A DNA stretch of 64,000 nucleotides from an uncultured Pseudomonadota bacterium (GTDB lineage Bacteria > Pseudomonadota > Alphaproteobacteria > Acetobacterales > Acetobacteraceae), in the NCBI GenBank assembly GCA_963737355.1, contig CAVTSC010000002.1, forward strand, positions 227,907 to 291,906. Reading direction: 5' to 3'. Within the stretch, counting starts at the first letter, position 1; every line of letters starts with the position of its first letter. Below, one piece after another: positions 30,637 through 42,926 of this stretch. The notes below the pieces were generated by a model, which was not told where the DNA came from, made no database searches, and worked only from the letters and a program-made list of their open reading frames with translations. Made by a program: the position numbers and the translations under genes.

Positions 30637-30986
30637 GCCTGTTGTTGATGGACCGATGCAGACGCTGCAGCGGGCTGTTTGGGTGGTCGGCCCCTGCTCC
30701 GTTTGACCGGCGTGCTGGCTTCAAGCCCGAGCCATGTACGCAGCTGCTGCCTGTCGATCCGCACGGCCCTGTTAAACCGGAAACAAGGCAGCGGCGACCT
30801 AACGCCGGGAATGCCGATCCGGATCAGCTGGCTCGCATAAACGCGACTGACTTTGAGATAGCTAGCTGCCTCTGAAAGCGTCAGAATGTCATCAGACGAA
30901 CTCAGTAGCCTGCTGTGACGGTGTACAAACCTGCTGCATGATGAACCCCAAAAACTCGATTGGATGGGAGCTATCTGCGGGTTCAT
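30630..30986 (-). CDS. Excisionase-like HTH protein with an AT-hook
   Basis: LTLSEAASYLKVSR...LPCFRFNRAVRIDRQQLRTWL; KRSRGRPPK. Start uncertain. Confidence 0.75.
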   Translation of the reverse strand: MNPQIAPIQSSFWGSSCSRFVHRHSRLLSSSDDILTLSEAASYLKVSRVYASQLIRIGIPGVRSPLPCFRFNRAVRIDRQQLRTWLGLEASTPVKRSRGRPPKQPAAASASVHQQQAK

Positions 30987-31304
30987 GTTTTACGGTGGCC
31001 GTTTCCGGCCTTTCAGGTTTTACAAGTGTCCCTAAGGACGTTTTAGGTTTTACGGATGTTTAAGATTCACTGAATGTTTTTAGATTACGGGAGCAGATAG
31101 CCTGTTCGTCTATATAATGAAATAAAATATCCAGGTCAATATAAATCCTCCATCAGTTTACCTAAACGAGACCTGCTATACCGTTTGGCCGTGCGCTCAC
31201 GGCACGGAGCCGGGCACGGCTGGCCCATAATAGGGCAGACTAACGGCCCGGGCCTGCCGCCGATTGGGAAAAGACCGACAGCCCGCCGCGCGCCTCCAAT
31301 GCAC

Positions 31305-31611
31305 TTAGAATGTATGGCGACTTGCGTTTGGCCGCCCCCTGACTGCCGACACCGCATCAGCTGCTCGAGATCCGACCTGGACCGCCTGTAGGGAATCCAA
31401 GTAGGCTTGGACCTCGGCAGCAACCCATCCAGACGCCCGGCCGCCAGGAGTCAGTTTTCGCTGTGGTGGAAACTGACCGGCTTTAATGAGTTCTATATAT
31501 GCTGTCGCGCGACGTGAACCCGGTCACTGCCAGCACGTCCCATATGCGTAGCATCCGCCCGGCCTGTTCGGCCTCGGTGAGCTTGGGTTGATGTGACGAT
31601 ACACGCGACAT
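31305..31611 (-). pseudogene. AlpA-family regulator paralog with a +1 frameshift
   Basis: PKLTEAEQAGRMLRIWDVLAVTGFTSRDSIYR / LIKAGQFPPQRKLTPGGRASGW aligns with 55911-56219; one extra base near 31492. Not in the ORF track. Confidence 0.85.
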
Positions 31612-31755
31612 TTTCTATGAATAATTATGGAGGAACCCAAATGTCACGTTTTATCGCTTTTCCCGCGGGAGCCTTTGTTGACGGGGTATTTTGAGACCAA
31701 TGTTGAATATATTTCGTAAAAATAATTGAAAAAAATTTTTGATTATTTTTTTAAG

Positions 31756-31793
31756 TTTTCCTTCTATTGCGCTTTCAGCGGCATTTCGTCGTC
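31756..31793 (-). repeat. Copy of the integrase 3' end (DDEMPLKAQ*)
   Basis: 36/38 identical to 56688-56725. Confidence 0.85.
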
Positions 31794-31997
31794 TTAAATC
31801 GTCGTGTTTTCCCCTCTTGATCTGCTTATAGCAGAGCTCTTTTCTCCCACGGTAATCCCGTTACGATCAGTATTTGGAAATGGTTACCGTGGAACCTAAA
31901 AGCATTTCGTTTCATGTCCGCTATCGGCGGGATTCCAGTTGCTTTAGAATGCCCGCCTTGGTTCCGTCGAAAGTGGGCCGCAACGGCTGCCCGCCTA

Positions 31998-34310
31998 TCA
32001 TCGAAAGTCTCGGCTCGCGGGTAACCCAGCGGTTGCCTTTGCTTCCCCGGGTCGCAGCGGCGTTGGCTTATCAGTGTTAGGCGGCCCCTCCTCGAGGGTG
32101 AGGGTCCCCAGGAGATCGTTGCGGTCGATGAGCTTTCGACAGATGAGGTGCGTGATCGGCACTTCCGAGTGGTCCGCCTCACGCTCGATGCGGCCCTCGG
32201 CCAACATCAAGCGCGCGCCGATCAGCGCCGATCGATCGCGCTCTCCGACATCGGTGTAGATTACGAGGTTGGCGATGCCGAATTCGTCTTCCAACGTCAC
32301 GAAGACGATGCCCTTCGCGGTGCCGGGTCTCTGCCGCATCAGCACAATGCCGGGCAGGCGGATCGAACTGCCAGTGCGGGCCGTATTGAGATGCCTCGTG
32401 TCGTGATAACCTAGTTTCGTCAGAGCCGGCCGCAGCAAAGCGAGGGGGTGCTGACGCAAGGTCAGCCCGGTCGCGGTGTAGTCCATCACGACGGACTGGC
32501 CCGCCGCTTCCTCGGGAAGGGAAGGGGCCGTTTCCTGAATCAGCCCCGGCTCGCCGAGAGCGGTTTCCGCAAGACGAAGCAGCGGCGGCATATCGCGCTC
32601 AATGGCCTTGGCGTCCCACATGGCGGCGCGGCGCCCTTGGCCGAGACTTGCAAAGGCATCGGCCTCAGCCAGAGCCTCAATGGCCTTGCGGCTGACACCT
32701 GCACGACGGGCGACTTCCTCGACAGAGCCATAGGGTGCGCCATTGCCGGAGCGCCGGGCTTTGACGATGAGCTTCCCTTCTTCCTCTGGGAGGCCAGAGG
32801 CAAGCCGAAGTCCGAGCCGAACTGCGTGCGCGTCGGCGCTCGTCATCTCACGCTCCAGGGTGCTGTCCCAATCGCTCGCATTGATATCGACCGGGCGGAC
32901 CTCGACCGCGTGCTGCTGGGCATCTCGGACGATCTGCGCGGGGGCGTAGAAGCCCATGGGCTGGCTGTTCAACAGGGCCGCGGCGAAGACCGCCGGGTGG
33001 TGGCATTTGAGCCAAGAGGAAGCATAGGCGAGGTGGGCGAAGCTCGCCGCATGGCTTTCCGGGAAGCCATAGGAGCCAAAGCCTTCGATCTGCTTGAAAA
33101 CCCGCTCCGCAAGCTCCGGATCGTAGCCCCGCCGAACCATGCCGCCGATCAGCCGCTCCCGATATACCCCTACGCCTTGGGTGTGCTTGAAGGTCGCCAT
33201 GGCACGGCGCAGCTTGTCCGCCTCGTCGGGCGTGAAGCCCGCGGCGACGATCGCAACCCGCATCGCTTGTTCCTGAAAGAGCGGCACACCGAGGGTACGG
33301 CCAAGCACTTGCTTCAGTTCATCGGGCGGCCCGTATTCCGGGGCGGGCTTGGGATAGACGGGCTTTTCCAGCCCCCATCGCCGCCGCAAATAGGGATGCA
33401 CCATGTCGCCTTGGATCGGGCCAGGGCGGATGATCGCGACCTGCACAACGAGGTCGTAGAAGACTTCGGGCTTGAGGCGCGGCAGCATTGCCATCTGCGC
33501 GCGGCTCTCGACTTGGAAGACACCCACGGAATCCGCCCGACGGAGCATGGCGTAGGTCTTAGGGCAGTCGCGCGGCACGCCGGCGAGATCGAGATCCAGG
33601 CGATGATGCCGGCGCAGCAGATCAAAGCCACGCCGCAGACAGGAGAGCATGCCAAGGGCGAGAATATCGACTTTGAGCAGCCGCAGAGCGTCAACGTCGT
33701 CCTTGTCCCATTCGAGAACGGTTCGGCCTTCCATCGCGGCATTGCCGACGACCGCCATTTCGGTGAGCGGTCCCCGGCTCATGACGAAGCCGCCAACATG
33801 GGTCGCCAAGTGGCGCGGGAAGTCCTGAATTTCGGCGGCGAGTTCCAGGGTCAGTGACAGGCGGCGGTCCGAGAGATCGAGGCCCTCCCCCTGCGCCAAC
33901 TCGGCAAGGGTATCCTCCCGCCCTGGCCCCCAGCTGGCCTTGGAAAGCCGACCCGTTACGTCCTCCGAGAGGCCGAGCGCCTTGCCAACCTCACGGACGG
34001 CGCTGCGGCCGCGGTAGCGGATGACGGTGCCGACGATTGCGGCGCGGTCCCGGCCGTAGCGATCATAGATGTGCTGGATGACCTCCTCGCGCCGCTCATG
34101 CTCGAAATCGACATCGATATCGGGCGGCTCGTCGCGACTGGCCGAGACGAAGCGCTCGAACAACAGGTCATGCTTTGAAGGATCGACTGCGGTGATGCCG
34201 AGCACGTAGCAGACCGTGGAATTCGCGGCAGAGCCGCGCCCTTGGCAGAGGATGCCCTTTGATCGCGCGAAGCGGACGATTTCATGCACGGTCAGGAAGT
34301 AGGGCGCATA
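31998..34310 (-). pseudogene. dnaE2: Error-prone polymerase DnaE2, C-terminal about 770 codons
   Basis: GRGSAANS, PDIDVDFE, GVFQVESRAQ, YGFPESHAAS, SRDFR end; N-terminus separated by an inversion. Confidence 0.92.
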
Positions 34311-34751
34311 CTCAAACGCCCCGTGCCGCTGATGGTGCTGGCAACAGTCCCGAACGGGCCACCCCAGCGGCTGCGTCTCGACGGCGCCGTCCATGATGTC
34401 GCCCGTTCGGACGGCCCTGAGCGGATCGAGCCGGAATGGTGGCATGAAACCGACCGGCGAACCGGCCGGGATTACTACCGCGTCGAGTTGGTCTCCGGCG
34501 CGCGGCTATGGATCGGTCGCATTGATTCGCAGCGGCCAGATCGTCCGCCGCGTTGGTTTCTCCATGGGTATCTTGCGTGACGGCCCCGTTCGCCGAGGTC
34601 GGCGCCCGCACCAACTTCACGCTCCTCGATGGCGCCTCCCACCCCGCCGAGATGGTGGCGACGGCCGCAGCGCTCGGTCATGCCGGCATCGGTGTCTGCG
34701 ACACCAACAGCCTTGCCGGTGTCGTACGTGCTCATGTCGCGGCGAAGGATA
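34309..34751 (+). pseudogene. Inverted segment: imuB 3' end plus dnaE2 5' end
   Basis: GPERIEPEWW...RDYYRVE...RWFLHGYLA* followed by [23 protein letters not shown]...[12 protein letters not shown], on the strand opposite the rest of the operon. Confidence 0.88.
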
Positions 34752-35979
34752 GCCGTACCGGCGCCGGTAAAGGCGATGGTGGCGGTGCGGCGGCCAGGGG
34801 ATCGAATGGCCCGACGCGGACCACGGATCGCTCTGGCCAATGGCTCTCAGCAGGGGCAAGACGCCAGACTGGAAGCCGCTGGGACAAGCGGTCGATCAGC
34901 TGCGCCAATGCCTCATCGCGGCTGGCCTCGTCTGGACCGGTCGTCGCCATAATCTTTTGGGCGGCCTCCATGGCATTGGCCTCAGTCGCCTCCAAGGTCA
35001 CGCGTTCGAAGCCAAGATCGGGTTCCAACCGCTCCAGCTCGTTGGCAAAAAGCCGTCGCAGATGGTCGGGCGTGCGCGTCGGCAGGCCGGTGCCGATCGT
35101 GATCTCCTGCACGTCACGATCCACGCGGAAGGCGCGCAGCGTTACCGCCCGCGCCCCTTGCCCGGCGGCGGCCAATTGCCGGCAGAGCGGCTCCAACAAG
35201 GCATCCAGCGCGCGGTCGATGGCGGGGCGGGTAACGATCGGCTCCAGGAAATTGACGGCCTCAATGAAATCAGGCGGCGGCCGAACGGGCGGCAGGCTGC
35301 GTGGGCGGTCGCCGGTCAGGGCATCGAGCACATCCATGAGCGACCGGCCGAAGCGGCGTGCCAACGGCCCGCGCGGCTGGCGCAGGAGGTCATCGATACG
35401 GTGGAGACCGAGGCGATTCAGACCGGCCAAGCAATCGGGCGACAGGCGCAAGACATCGAGGGGCAGGGCCGCGATAGCCGCCGGATCCTCTCCTGGGGGC
35501 ACAATCATTTGGTGACGGCCGGCCCGTGCTAAAGCGGCGCCTGCCTCTGCGATCCCGGCGAGGACAGCGCGAGCCGTGACGCCACCCTGGGCGAGGCTGT
35601 CGCCAATGCGGGCCAGCATAGCAGGCTCACCACCAAACAATCCCGTACAGCCAGTCACGTCGAGCACCAGCCCATCCGGAGGGTCGGTGGCTGCGATCGG
35701 CGTGAAACGTATGGCCCAAAGCGCCAGGCGCTCGAGAAAGGTCATGTCGCCATCGGGATCAGCGTCACGGAGAACCAGCTCGGGATGCATGGCCCGCGCG
35801 TCGGCAAGCGCCTGCCCGACATGCAGCGTGGTGCCGGGTGCATCGACGCCTGTGAGCAAACGGCGGTTGCCCTGCATGGCCCAGGCGGCAATCGGGACGC
35901 CGGCAAGGTCTGGCTCCCTCTGGCGAATGCGATCGGTTGCCAGTCGGGGCAGATGCAGCACGAGATAGCGGCGGCTCAT
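34750..35979 (-). pseudogene. imuB: ImuB (Y-family-like), 3' end displaced
   Basis: [43 protein letters not shown]. Confidence 0.9.
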
Positions 35980-36215
35980 GACGAACCACCTGCACGGGGC
36001 GACGCAAGGGGAGCGGCTTCTGCCAAGCTGAGGGCGCCCGCCCCGTGATCCCAGCCAACCGACCACCGGCCAGAGCGTCCGCCGGACGCGCGCAGCAAGG
36101 TTACGTCCCACATGGGATTGCCGGAGGACCGCGCCGCGCCCACGCGCCAGCGGCTCCGTGCGGCCGAGGGCGGCATGCGGTCGGTGTCGGGAAGAATGAG
36201 GAGACCGATATGGCG
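35976..36215 (-). pseudogene. imuA: imuA 3' fragment
   Basis: [10 protein letters not shown]...[11 protein letters not shown]; stop overlaps the imuB start; 5' part missing. Confidence 0.7.
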
Positions 36216-36372
36216 CGGATTTCTCACGCAGAGAGCGGGCGGCGGCAACACCTAACCATCACCGGTTGATTACTTTTCTATCACGCAATGACCGGAATTC
36301 CGGCTTAGCCTCGCGATCATGGTCACGTCATCGTTCGGCGACGGGCAGCAGGCTGGGGAGGGGCTGAAAGTG

Positions 36373-36684
36373 GGTACGAACCTGTCACATGGTTTACATT
36401 CTAGACCGGGTAGATGGTTGACATGTTCCAGTCGCTGGCAGGGAGGACCTACGAGCTCATCTTCGTCTCGGAAGTTCTTGTCGGCGAGCTGGTCGGTCTC
36501 ACCGAGATCGAGGAGGATCACTGGCTCGTCAAGTTCACCCCGATCGAGCTCGGCCTCATCAGTCCGAGCTTCAGGTTCCACCGCTTCACGGTGGCCCGAC
36601 CGGGCCGCCGTGAAGCCCTTCGCAACCGGAACAGTCTAAACCATGTGCCCGGTTCACAGTGTCAGCCATGAGTCCGGTCGTTCA
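36373..36684 (+). mobile_element. Internally deleted IS481-like element
   Basis: Imperfect terminal inverted repeats with two ATGGYTKACA-like motifs per end; inside is the transposase C-terminus ELIFVSEVLVGELVGLTEIE. Confidence 0.65.
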
Positions 36685-38340
36685 GTGGACGCTAGGCTTT
36701 ACCTCGATAACATTCCAGATCCTGGATCCGCCGCCAAAGTACGCCGGCCCCCCATCCTGCTAGTGCCCGCGGGCGCCAATGGTGAGTGGCCGGACTGGCG
36801 TGACGGGCCCCTGAGCACCAACGCCCGCGCAAGCGCGGTTTTGGCTTTAGCCGCAGGTCTGAAGGCAGTATCACCTTCAACGCTTCGCCGCGCCCGTTCG
36901 CGGGCAAATCGCGCTTGGGCAAGCCTGCTGATACGGAGCCCAGATCAGGCGCGTGCCTCGATACGAGCTCTCGAACTTTGCCTTGGCGAACTTGGCGGCG
37001 AAGTCGACAAATTCCGAGCCGAATTCAACGCCATTCGAGCCATGGCGCTTGCCTTGTGCGATGACACCGCTGCGGCGTTGCCAATTGCAGGGGACGCCTT
37101 TGCCCAATGTGGCTCTGGAGCGGTTGGCATCGCTGCCGCCACGACCTGCCGACTCGCACATTGGAGGTCGGGCGACCTTGCGAGGTTTCACGCATTGAGG
37201 CCGGCTAAAATCGCCGCCAACGGCGGTCGCCGGTGGGCGTCTTTAGAGGCGTTCGATCGATCGATTGAGGCGATCGTCGAGCTTCAACAGCTCAGATTGG
37301 CGACCGCCCACAGACTTGCTCGCAACGCGTTGGAGTCCGCCCAACGTCACACGAACCCTTTGTCGCCGGCGACTTTTCTTCCGGCCGTGGTGATGGGGGA
37401 GCTGTTGTATGAACGAGGGGACGTAGACGAAGCAGAGGAGCTCTTGCGGGCTCGGTTGCCGAGGCTTCTGACGACCACGACCTGCGAGATCGCCGTGCGG
37501 GCGTTTCCGCTACTGGCGAAAATCGCCGAGCGGCGAGGGCAGGGGGAACTTGTCCTTCTGCTCCTGCGCGAGGGCGAGGGGCTTGGCGAGGCCCGCCGCT
37601 GGCCCAGGCTTGTGGCCGTTTGCCTTGCAGCAAGAGTAGATTTTCTCGTCTCCCAGCGCCGAGCCGACGAAGCGGAATTTCACGTCCAGCGGCTCGAGGA
37701 ACTGGCGCGCCTCCAACCTGGCGGCGAATTCATCCGGTCGGATCTAAGCCGTCTTGCAATATTGGCGCGTTGTCAGATTCGAGATCTCGATCGCAGCTCC
37801 AGAGCGCCCATTGCAAGGATTCGGGAGTTTCACCACGAGGCTGTGAACCGAGGTGACTACCTCCTTGCCGTCCAAATGACGATCCGTCTCGTCGGCGCAC
37901 TTGGGTGGATCGGCGACGACGAAGAGGCCGTTGAAGTACTTGCGAAATCCGTCGCCATGGCGGCCAACGCCGGACTTTATCAGTCATTTCTGGATGGGGG
38001 TCCCCAGGTCCAGCGCGTCCTCTCGCTGGTCCTCGAAGGGTCGCCAGCTTCCTCGCTGCATCCCTCGTCCAGAGCATATGCCGAAAGCCTCATCATCCAG
38101 CGGGCATCCGCACCGGAGCCGGGGGCAAAGAAAACCCGGCGGACCGCAGGTCCACTTAGCCCACGCGAATGCATCATCCTGCGGCTGGTGAGCAGGGGCC
38201 TCTCAAACAAGATGATTGCACAACAACTTGATATCGCTCCCGAAACAGTAAAGTCGCACCTGAAACATCTTTTTGTCAAGCTGGCCGCGCGCACTCGGGC
38301 CGAGGCAGTGTCTCGAGCGGAGAGGCTTGGCTTTATCTAA
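36643..38340 (+). CDS. MalT-like LuxR-family regulator (helical domain + C-terminal HTH); start uncertain
   Basis: LSPRECIILRLVSRGLSNKMIAQQLDIAPETVKSHLKHLFVKL. Confidence 0.85.
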   Translation: MCPVHSVSHESGRSVDARLYLDNIPDPGSAAKVRRPPILLVPAGANGEWPDWRDGPLSTNARASAVLALAAGLKAVSPSTLRRARSRANRAWASLLIRSPDQARASIRALELCLGELGGEVDKFRAEFNAIRAMALALCDDTAAALPIAGDAFAQCGSGAVGIAAATTCRLAHWRSGDLARFHALRPAKIAANGGRRWASLEAFDRSIEAIVELQQLRLATAHRLARNALESAQRHTNPLSPATFLPAVVMGELLYERGDVDEAEELLRARLPRLLTTTTCEIAVRAFPLLAKIAERRGQGELVLLLLREGEGLGEARRWPRLVAVCLAARVDFLVSQRRADEAEFHVQRLEELARLQPGGEFIRSDLSRLAILARCQIRDLDRSSRAPIARIREFHHEAVNRGDYLLAVQMTIRLVGALGWIGDDEEAVEVLAKSVAMAANAGLYQSFLDGGPQVQRVLSLVLEGSPASSLHPSSRAYAESLIIQRASAPEPGAKKTRRTAGPLSPRECIILRLVSRGLSNKMIAQQLDIAPETVKSHLKHLFVKLAARTRAEAVSRAERLGFI

Positions 38341-38348
38341 TCGTCGGT

Positions 38349-41300
38349 TTGCGCATAATGGGTCCAGGGAGGACCCTGATGCTCGAATTTGCGCGTTTCA
38401 AGATTGATCCGGCCAACCAGTGCGTCTGGCGGACTGGTGATGGCGATGACGAGCAAATCCAGCTCGCACCCAAGGCATTCTCCCTGCTTCAATATCTGGT
38501 CGAAAATCGCGGCCGCCTAGTGTCGCACGACGAACTCCTCGACACGCTCTGGCCTGGCGTCGTCGTGCAACCCGAGGTGATCAAGAGTCAAATCCTGGCC
38601 ATTCGAAACGCGCTCGGCGCGGACGCGCATGATGGGCATTTCATCCAGACCGTCCGAAAGCGGGGTTACAAGTTTGTCGGGGACGTAGCCGACGGGCGCC
38701 GCGCCGCAGTGGCGATCGCGACGAAAGTTGTGGATTTTCCCTATGTGGGACGAGAAGTTCCAATGGCTGAACTCCAATATGCGTTTAGCCTCGCCGAAAG
38801 AGCCGGCCGGCAGATCGCATTTATCGTCGGAGAACCTGGGATCGGCAAAACAGCCCTGGTTGAACATTTCCTTGGCGCCTTGCAGAGCGATGCGTTGCTA
38901 GCCATCGGCCGATGCGTAGAAGGCTATGGCGGGACTGAGCCACATTTTCCGGTACTTGAGGCTCTGGGCCAGATCGCGCGCGCTGGCGACGACAAGGTGG
39001 TCCAATCGATTGTATCAATAGCGCCCACTTGGGCCGTCCAGCTTACGGGAGTAGTCTCGCCAGAGACCCGCGGAAGACTAACCAAGGAGCTCGCGGGCTC
39101 GACGCGCCAGCGGATGGTGCGGGAATTTTGTGATCTCGTGGAGGTGCTCGCAACGCACAGACCTCTCGTCCTCGTTCTGGAGGACCTCCATTGGTCTGAC
39201 TATTCCACCATCGACCTGCTGTCCGCGTTGGCGCGGCGCGCTAGACCCGCGAAGCTCATGGTGATCGCCACGTACCGCTTGGGCGACGCAATCGAGAGAA
39301 GTCACCCTGTGCGCGATGTCAGCCTAAATCTTGGCTCCGCGCATCTGTGCTCCGAAATCGCCCTGGGGCCCCTTGACCTCTGGGCCGTGCGGAAATTCGT
39401 CGCCGGCGAAGAGGGGGCGCAAGATGCCCAGGATCTCGCCCAGATCATCATCGGCCAGTCTGGCGGCATTCCGCTCTTCATGCACGCTTCGCTCGATAAC
39501 TTAGCCGAGCGTGGGTTGATCGGGCAGGGTGAGTCCGGTTGGCGCCTGAACGTCTCGCCCCGCGATATTCGATTCACGGTGACAGGCAAACTTGCACAGA
39601 CCATCGAAGCCCGCATCACCCAATTGGATAGCGTTCAAACCGAAGTCCTCGAGGCGGCCAGCGTCGTCGGGGATTCTTTCCATGCCCCCATAGCCTGTCG
39701 CGCCAGTGGATTGGACGCTCTTGTCTTTGAGGAAGTGTGCGAGACGCTTGTTAGGCGGCAAAAATGCATAGAACGGGGAGATCTCTGCCGATTCCCTGAC
39801 GGGACAGTCGCCCAGACCTACACGTTTAAGCACGCCCTTTATCGCCACGCGTTTTATAGCCGCCTTGGTCCGATACGCCTTCAGCAATCCCACCATCGCG
39901 CGGCCGCTGCCATCGAGGCGAAATACCCGGGTGAAGTTCGCGGAATGAAGTTGCGGTTCAGCTCGTGCAGCACTTCGTGGGCGCAAGCCTGTGGGAACGT
40001 GCTCTCGAAAATCTTCGCGTTGCGCTGCAAGTCGCTACCGACCGTTTCGCCTCACGTGACGCCATTTCGATCCTTGAGAAGTCGATGTCCATCGCCGGCC
40101 GACTACAAGGTGATGCCCGTTATAGAGCTGAAGTGGAATTGTTAGAACACAAGGCGGTCCTGTACAGTGTATCTACAGACCCTCGCTCAATAGACTGCTA
40201 CACCGAATTGGTGGAAAAAGCATCCCTCAAAAACGATATCAGCGTTAAGGCGAGGGCGTTGTTTGGGTTAGCCTATACCACCAGCTGGATTGATCGAGAC
40301 CGATTTGTTGCAGCCAGCAACGACGCCATCGCATTTAGCGAGGAAATCGTTGACCCGGAGGAACGGGCGGCGATTCGGGTGGCACTTTACACTCGCCGGA
40401 TTTACGTCCTTGGTTGGAACCCAGCCGACACGGCGAGGTGCGAAGATGCACTTGCTGTTCTCGAGCGTGGCAGCAACGCGGTGTGGTCGGCGCGCGCGAT
40501 GATCGACAATATTCTTATATGTGTGACTTCTGCTCGATATCGCGAGGCCATCGAACGTTTCCAGATTAATTATGACTATCTGTTTGATAACCAAAGATCA
40601 AGTTCCGATGACTTCCTGAATTCGAGCGGTGTGGAAGAAGATTGCCGCAATGTCTTGGGGATTTCTTTATCTGGGTGATATTGGCCGCGCGGAGAATGTC
40701 ATTGAGAGCAATCTCGAAATAGCAATTCGCGGAGGAAACGTAAAAAGTGCAAGACGTATTTTTGGGTATCAAAGTCTTATAAAGTGTCACATGATGGACT
40801 TCGAGGACGTACGTGACGATTGTGAAAGAGTATTGCGCGATGAAAACTGGTCGTTCGACGACGGTCAGCCGAGCGATATTGCTCTTCCGCCGACGGATTG
40901 GCGGCTTTGTTCTATTTTAGCGGCCTTCGCTGAGGTCGGTCTAGGCAACCACCCCAAGGGTCTGAAAAGTCTTTTGGAGATTGAGCGCAGGATCGATACG
41001 CAGCCCCTAGTCTTGGATTGGTATTGGCGGTTTTGGCTCGACTGGGGGCTGGTGAACGCATTCTTGGGAGTTGGCGACCTGTCGGCTGCGCAGTCGCATG
41101 CCAAAAAATTCGTAACCTGCGCTGAAGAAACGGGAGAGCGGACTTGGCGGGCGCTAGCGCTAGACGCCAGCGCCCGCGTGGAATTGGCGCTGGGCGCGCT
41201 GGATAAAGCGATCCATTTTGTCGAACGGGCGATCGAGACAATGCGAGGCTACGAGACCCCGCTGGCTGACTGGCGGGTCCACCAAACAGCAGCCACCGCC

Positions 41301-41501
41301 TACGAAGTGCTTGGCGAATCATACCTTCAGATGAAGCACTCCAGATTGAGCAAGACCACCCGGGCAAAGCTCTCTGCCTCCCTGCCGAAGGGCCATCGCC
41401 TGCGCGCGACGTTCGAAGCGGGCACTGCCTTCGCCGCTACGCCAAGGTTGGGCGGCCGGGCCAGCAACGAGCCCTTCCGAGCATTGCAGGAGCCGCCCTA
41501 A
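38349..41501 (+). pseudogene. Winged-helix + AAA (STAND) + TPR regulator split over three frames
   Basis: OmpR/CadC-type wHTH (IQTVRKRGYKF), GEPGIGKT, LEDLHWSD; frameshifts near 39950 and 40630. Confidence 0.8.
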
Positions 41502-42101
41502 AATCAACCGCCAAAAAAGAGGCCCTGAGTCTCCCAATCGGGCAGGGGAATCGCGCATGGCGAAACGGAGGGTGTCCCGCGGTCCGAAGGGTGCAAGTTG
41601 CAGCCCGAATTGGACTGATCGAACTCCTTCGGATTCTGATTTGTTCTCTGGATAGTCGAGCCGAGCGAGCCGGTCCCTTTTTGCTCAGCTTTCTTCATCT
41701 CCCGACAGCATCCCACGCTCAATCGCGGGGAGTTAGCGCCAATAACAGCCCCCGCTTTATCCCCGCTCAGGCCCCCGTCCGGGGGAGCTCCAAGACGCAA
41801 CAGCTTCTGCATCATGCCCCGGCTGACTGGCGCACGTCCCTAGAGCGGCCTGGCGCCAGGTCGAAGAGCCACCTAGGCGCGGCCGAAACGCACGCCATCG
41901 CAAAGGGGATGAGAATGATGGCGTATCGACCCTGCCGCCTGCATCGGTCCTGGCGTCGAGCGGCGTCTTTTCGGATGGTCCTAGCCGGCCCTTCGACTTC
42001 GTCAAGCCCTCCTTGCGACACGTCCTCGGCTTCATCGGCATCGTGGATGTGCAGCAGTGGCGGAACCCAAAACGTCTATTCAATCAACAGGAGCTAACAA
42101 C

Positions 42102-42926
42102 ATGCCATCGATCACGACCACGGATGGGACCGAGATCTTCTACAAGGACTGGGGCGTCGGCCAGCCGATCGTCTTTCACCATGGCTGGCCTCTGTCGGCG
42201 GACGATTGGGACGCCCAGATGCTGTTCTTCCTGCAGCACGGCTATCGCGTCATCGCGCACGATCGCCGTGGTCACGGCCGCTCGACCCAGACCGGCAAGG
42301 GCAACGACATGGACACCTACGCTGCCGACGTGGCGGCGCTGACGGCCCATCTGGACCTCCGGAATGCAGTCCATGTCGGCCACTCGACTGGAGGCGGCGA
42401 AGTCGCACGCTACGTCGCCCGGTACGCCAAGGGCCGCGTGGAGAAGGCGGTGCTGATCGGCGCGGTGCCGCCGATCATGCTCAAGACCGCGAGCAATCCT
42501 GGCGGCCTGCCGATCGAGGTGTTCGACAGTCTCCGGGCGGCCCTCGCCGCGAACCGGGCGCAGTTCTTCCGGGACCTGCCCTCGGGCCCCTTCTACGGTT
42601 TCAACAGGGCCGGCGCGAAGGTCTCCGAGGGCGTGATCGACAACTGGTGGCGGCAGGGGATGATGGGCGCCGCCACGGCCCACTACGACTGCATCAAGGC
42701 ATTCTCGGAGACCGATTTCACCGAGGATCTCAAGGCGATCGAACAACCGACCCTCGTAATGCACGGCGAAGACGATCAGATCGTCCCGATCGACGCCTCC
42801 GGCCGCCTCTCCGCCAGGATTCTGCGGAACGCCATCCTGAAGACCTATCCCGGTTATCCGCACGGCATGGCGACGACCCAGGCAGACGTGATTAACCCGG
42901 ACCTGCTCGCCTTCATCAAGAGCTAG
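42102..42926 (+). CDS. cpo: Non-heme chloroperoxidase-like alpha/beta hydrolase
   Basis: [35 protein letters not shown]; AGGAG RBS. Confidence 0.92.
   Translation: MPSITTTDGTEIFYKDWGVGQPIVFHHGWPLSADDWDAQMLFFLQHGYRVIAHDRRGHGRSTQTGKGNDMDTYAADVAALTAHLDLRNAVHVGHSTGGGEVARYVARYAKGRVEKAVLIGAVPPIMLKTASNPGGLPIEVFDSLRAALAANRAQFFRDLPSGPFYGFNRAGAKVSEGVIDNWWRQGMMGAATAHYDCIKAFSETDFTEDLKAIEQPTLVMHGEDDQIVPIDASGRLSARILRNAILKTYPGYPHGMATTQADVINPDLLAFIKS

Noticed and set aside
32448-33857. Long opposite-strand ORFs (also 27954-29045, 45865-46917, 60506-61339)
   Set aside because: Shadow frames of GC-rich genes with no motifs.
31998-34445. Intact 815-aa DnaE2 as given in the ORF track
   Set aside because: The first 45 aa are antisense imuB from the inverted segment, and the PHP domain is missing.
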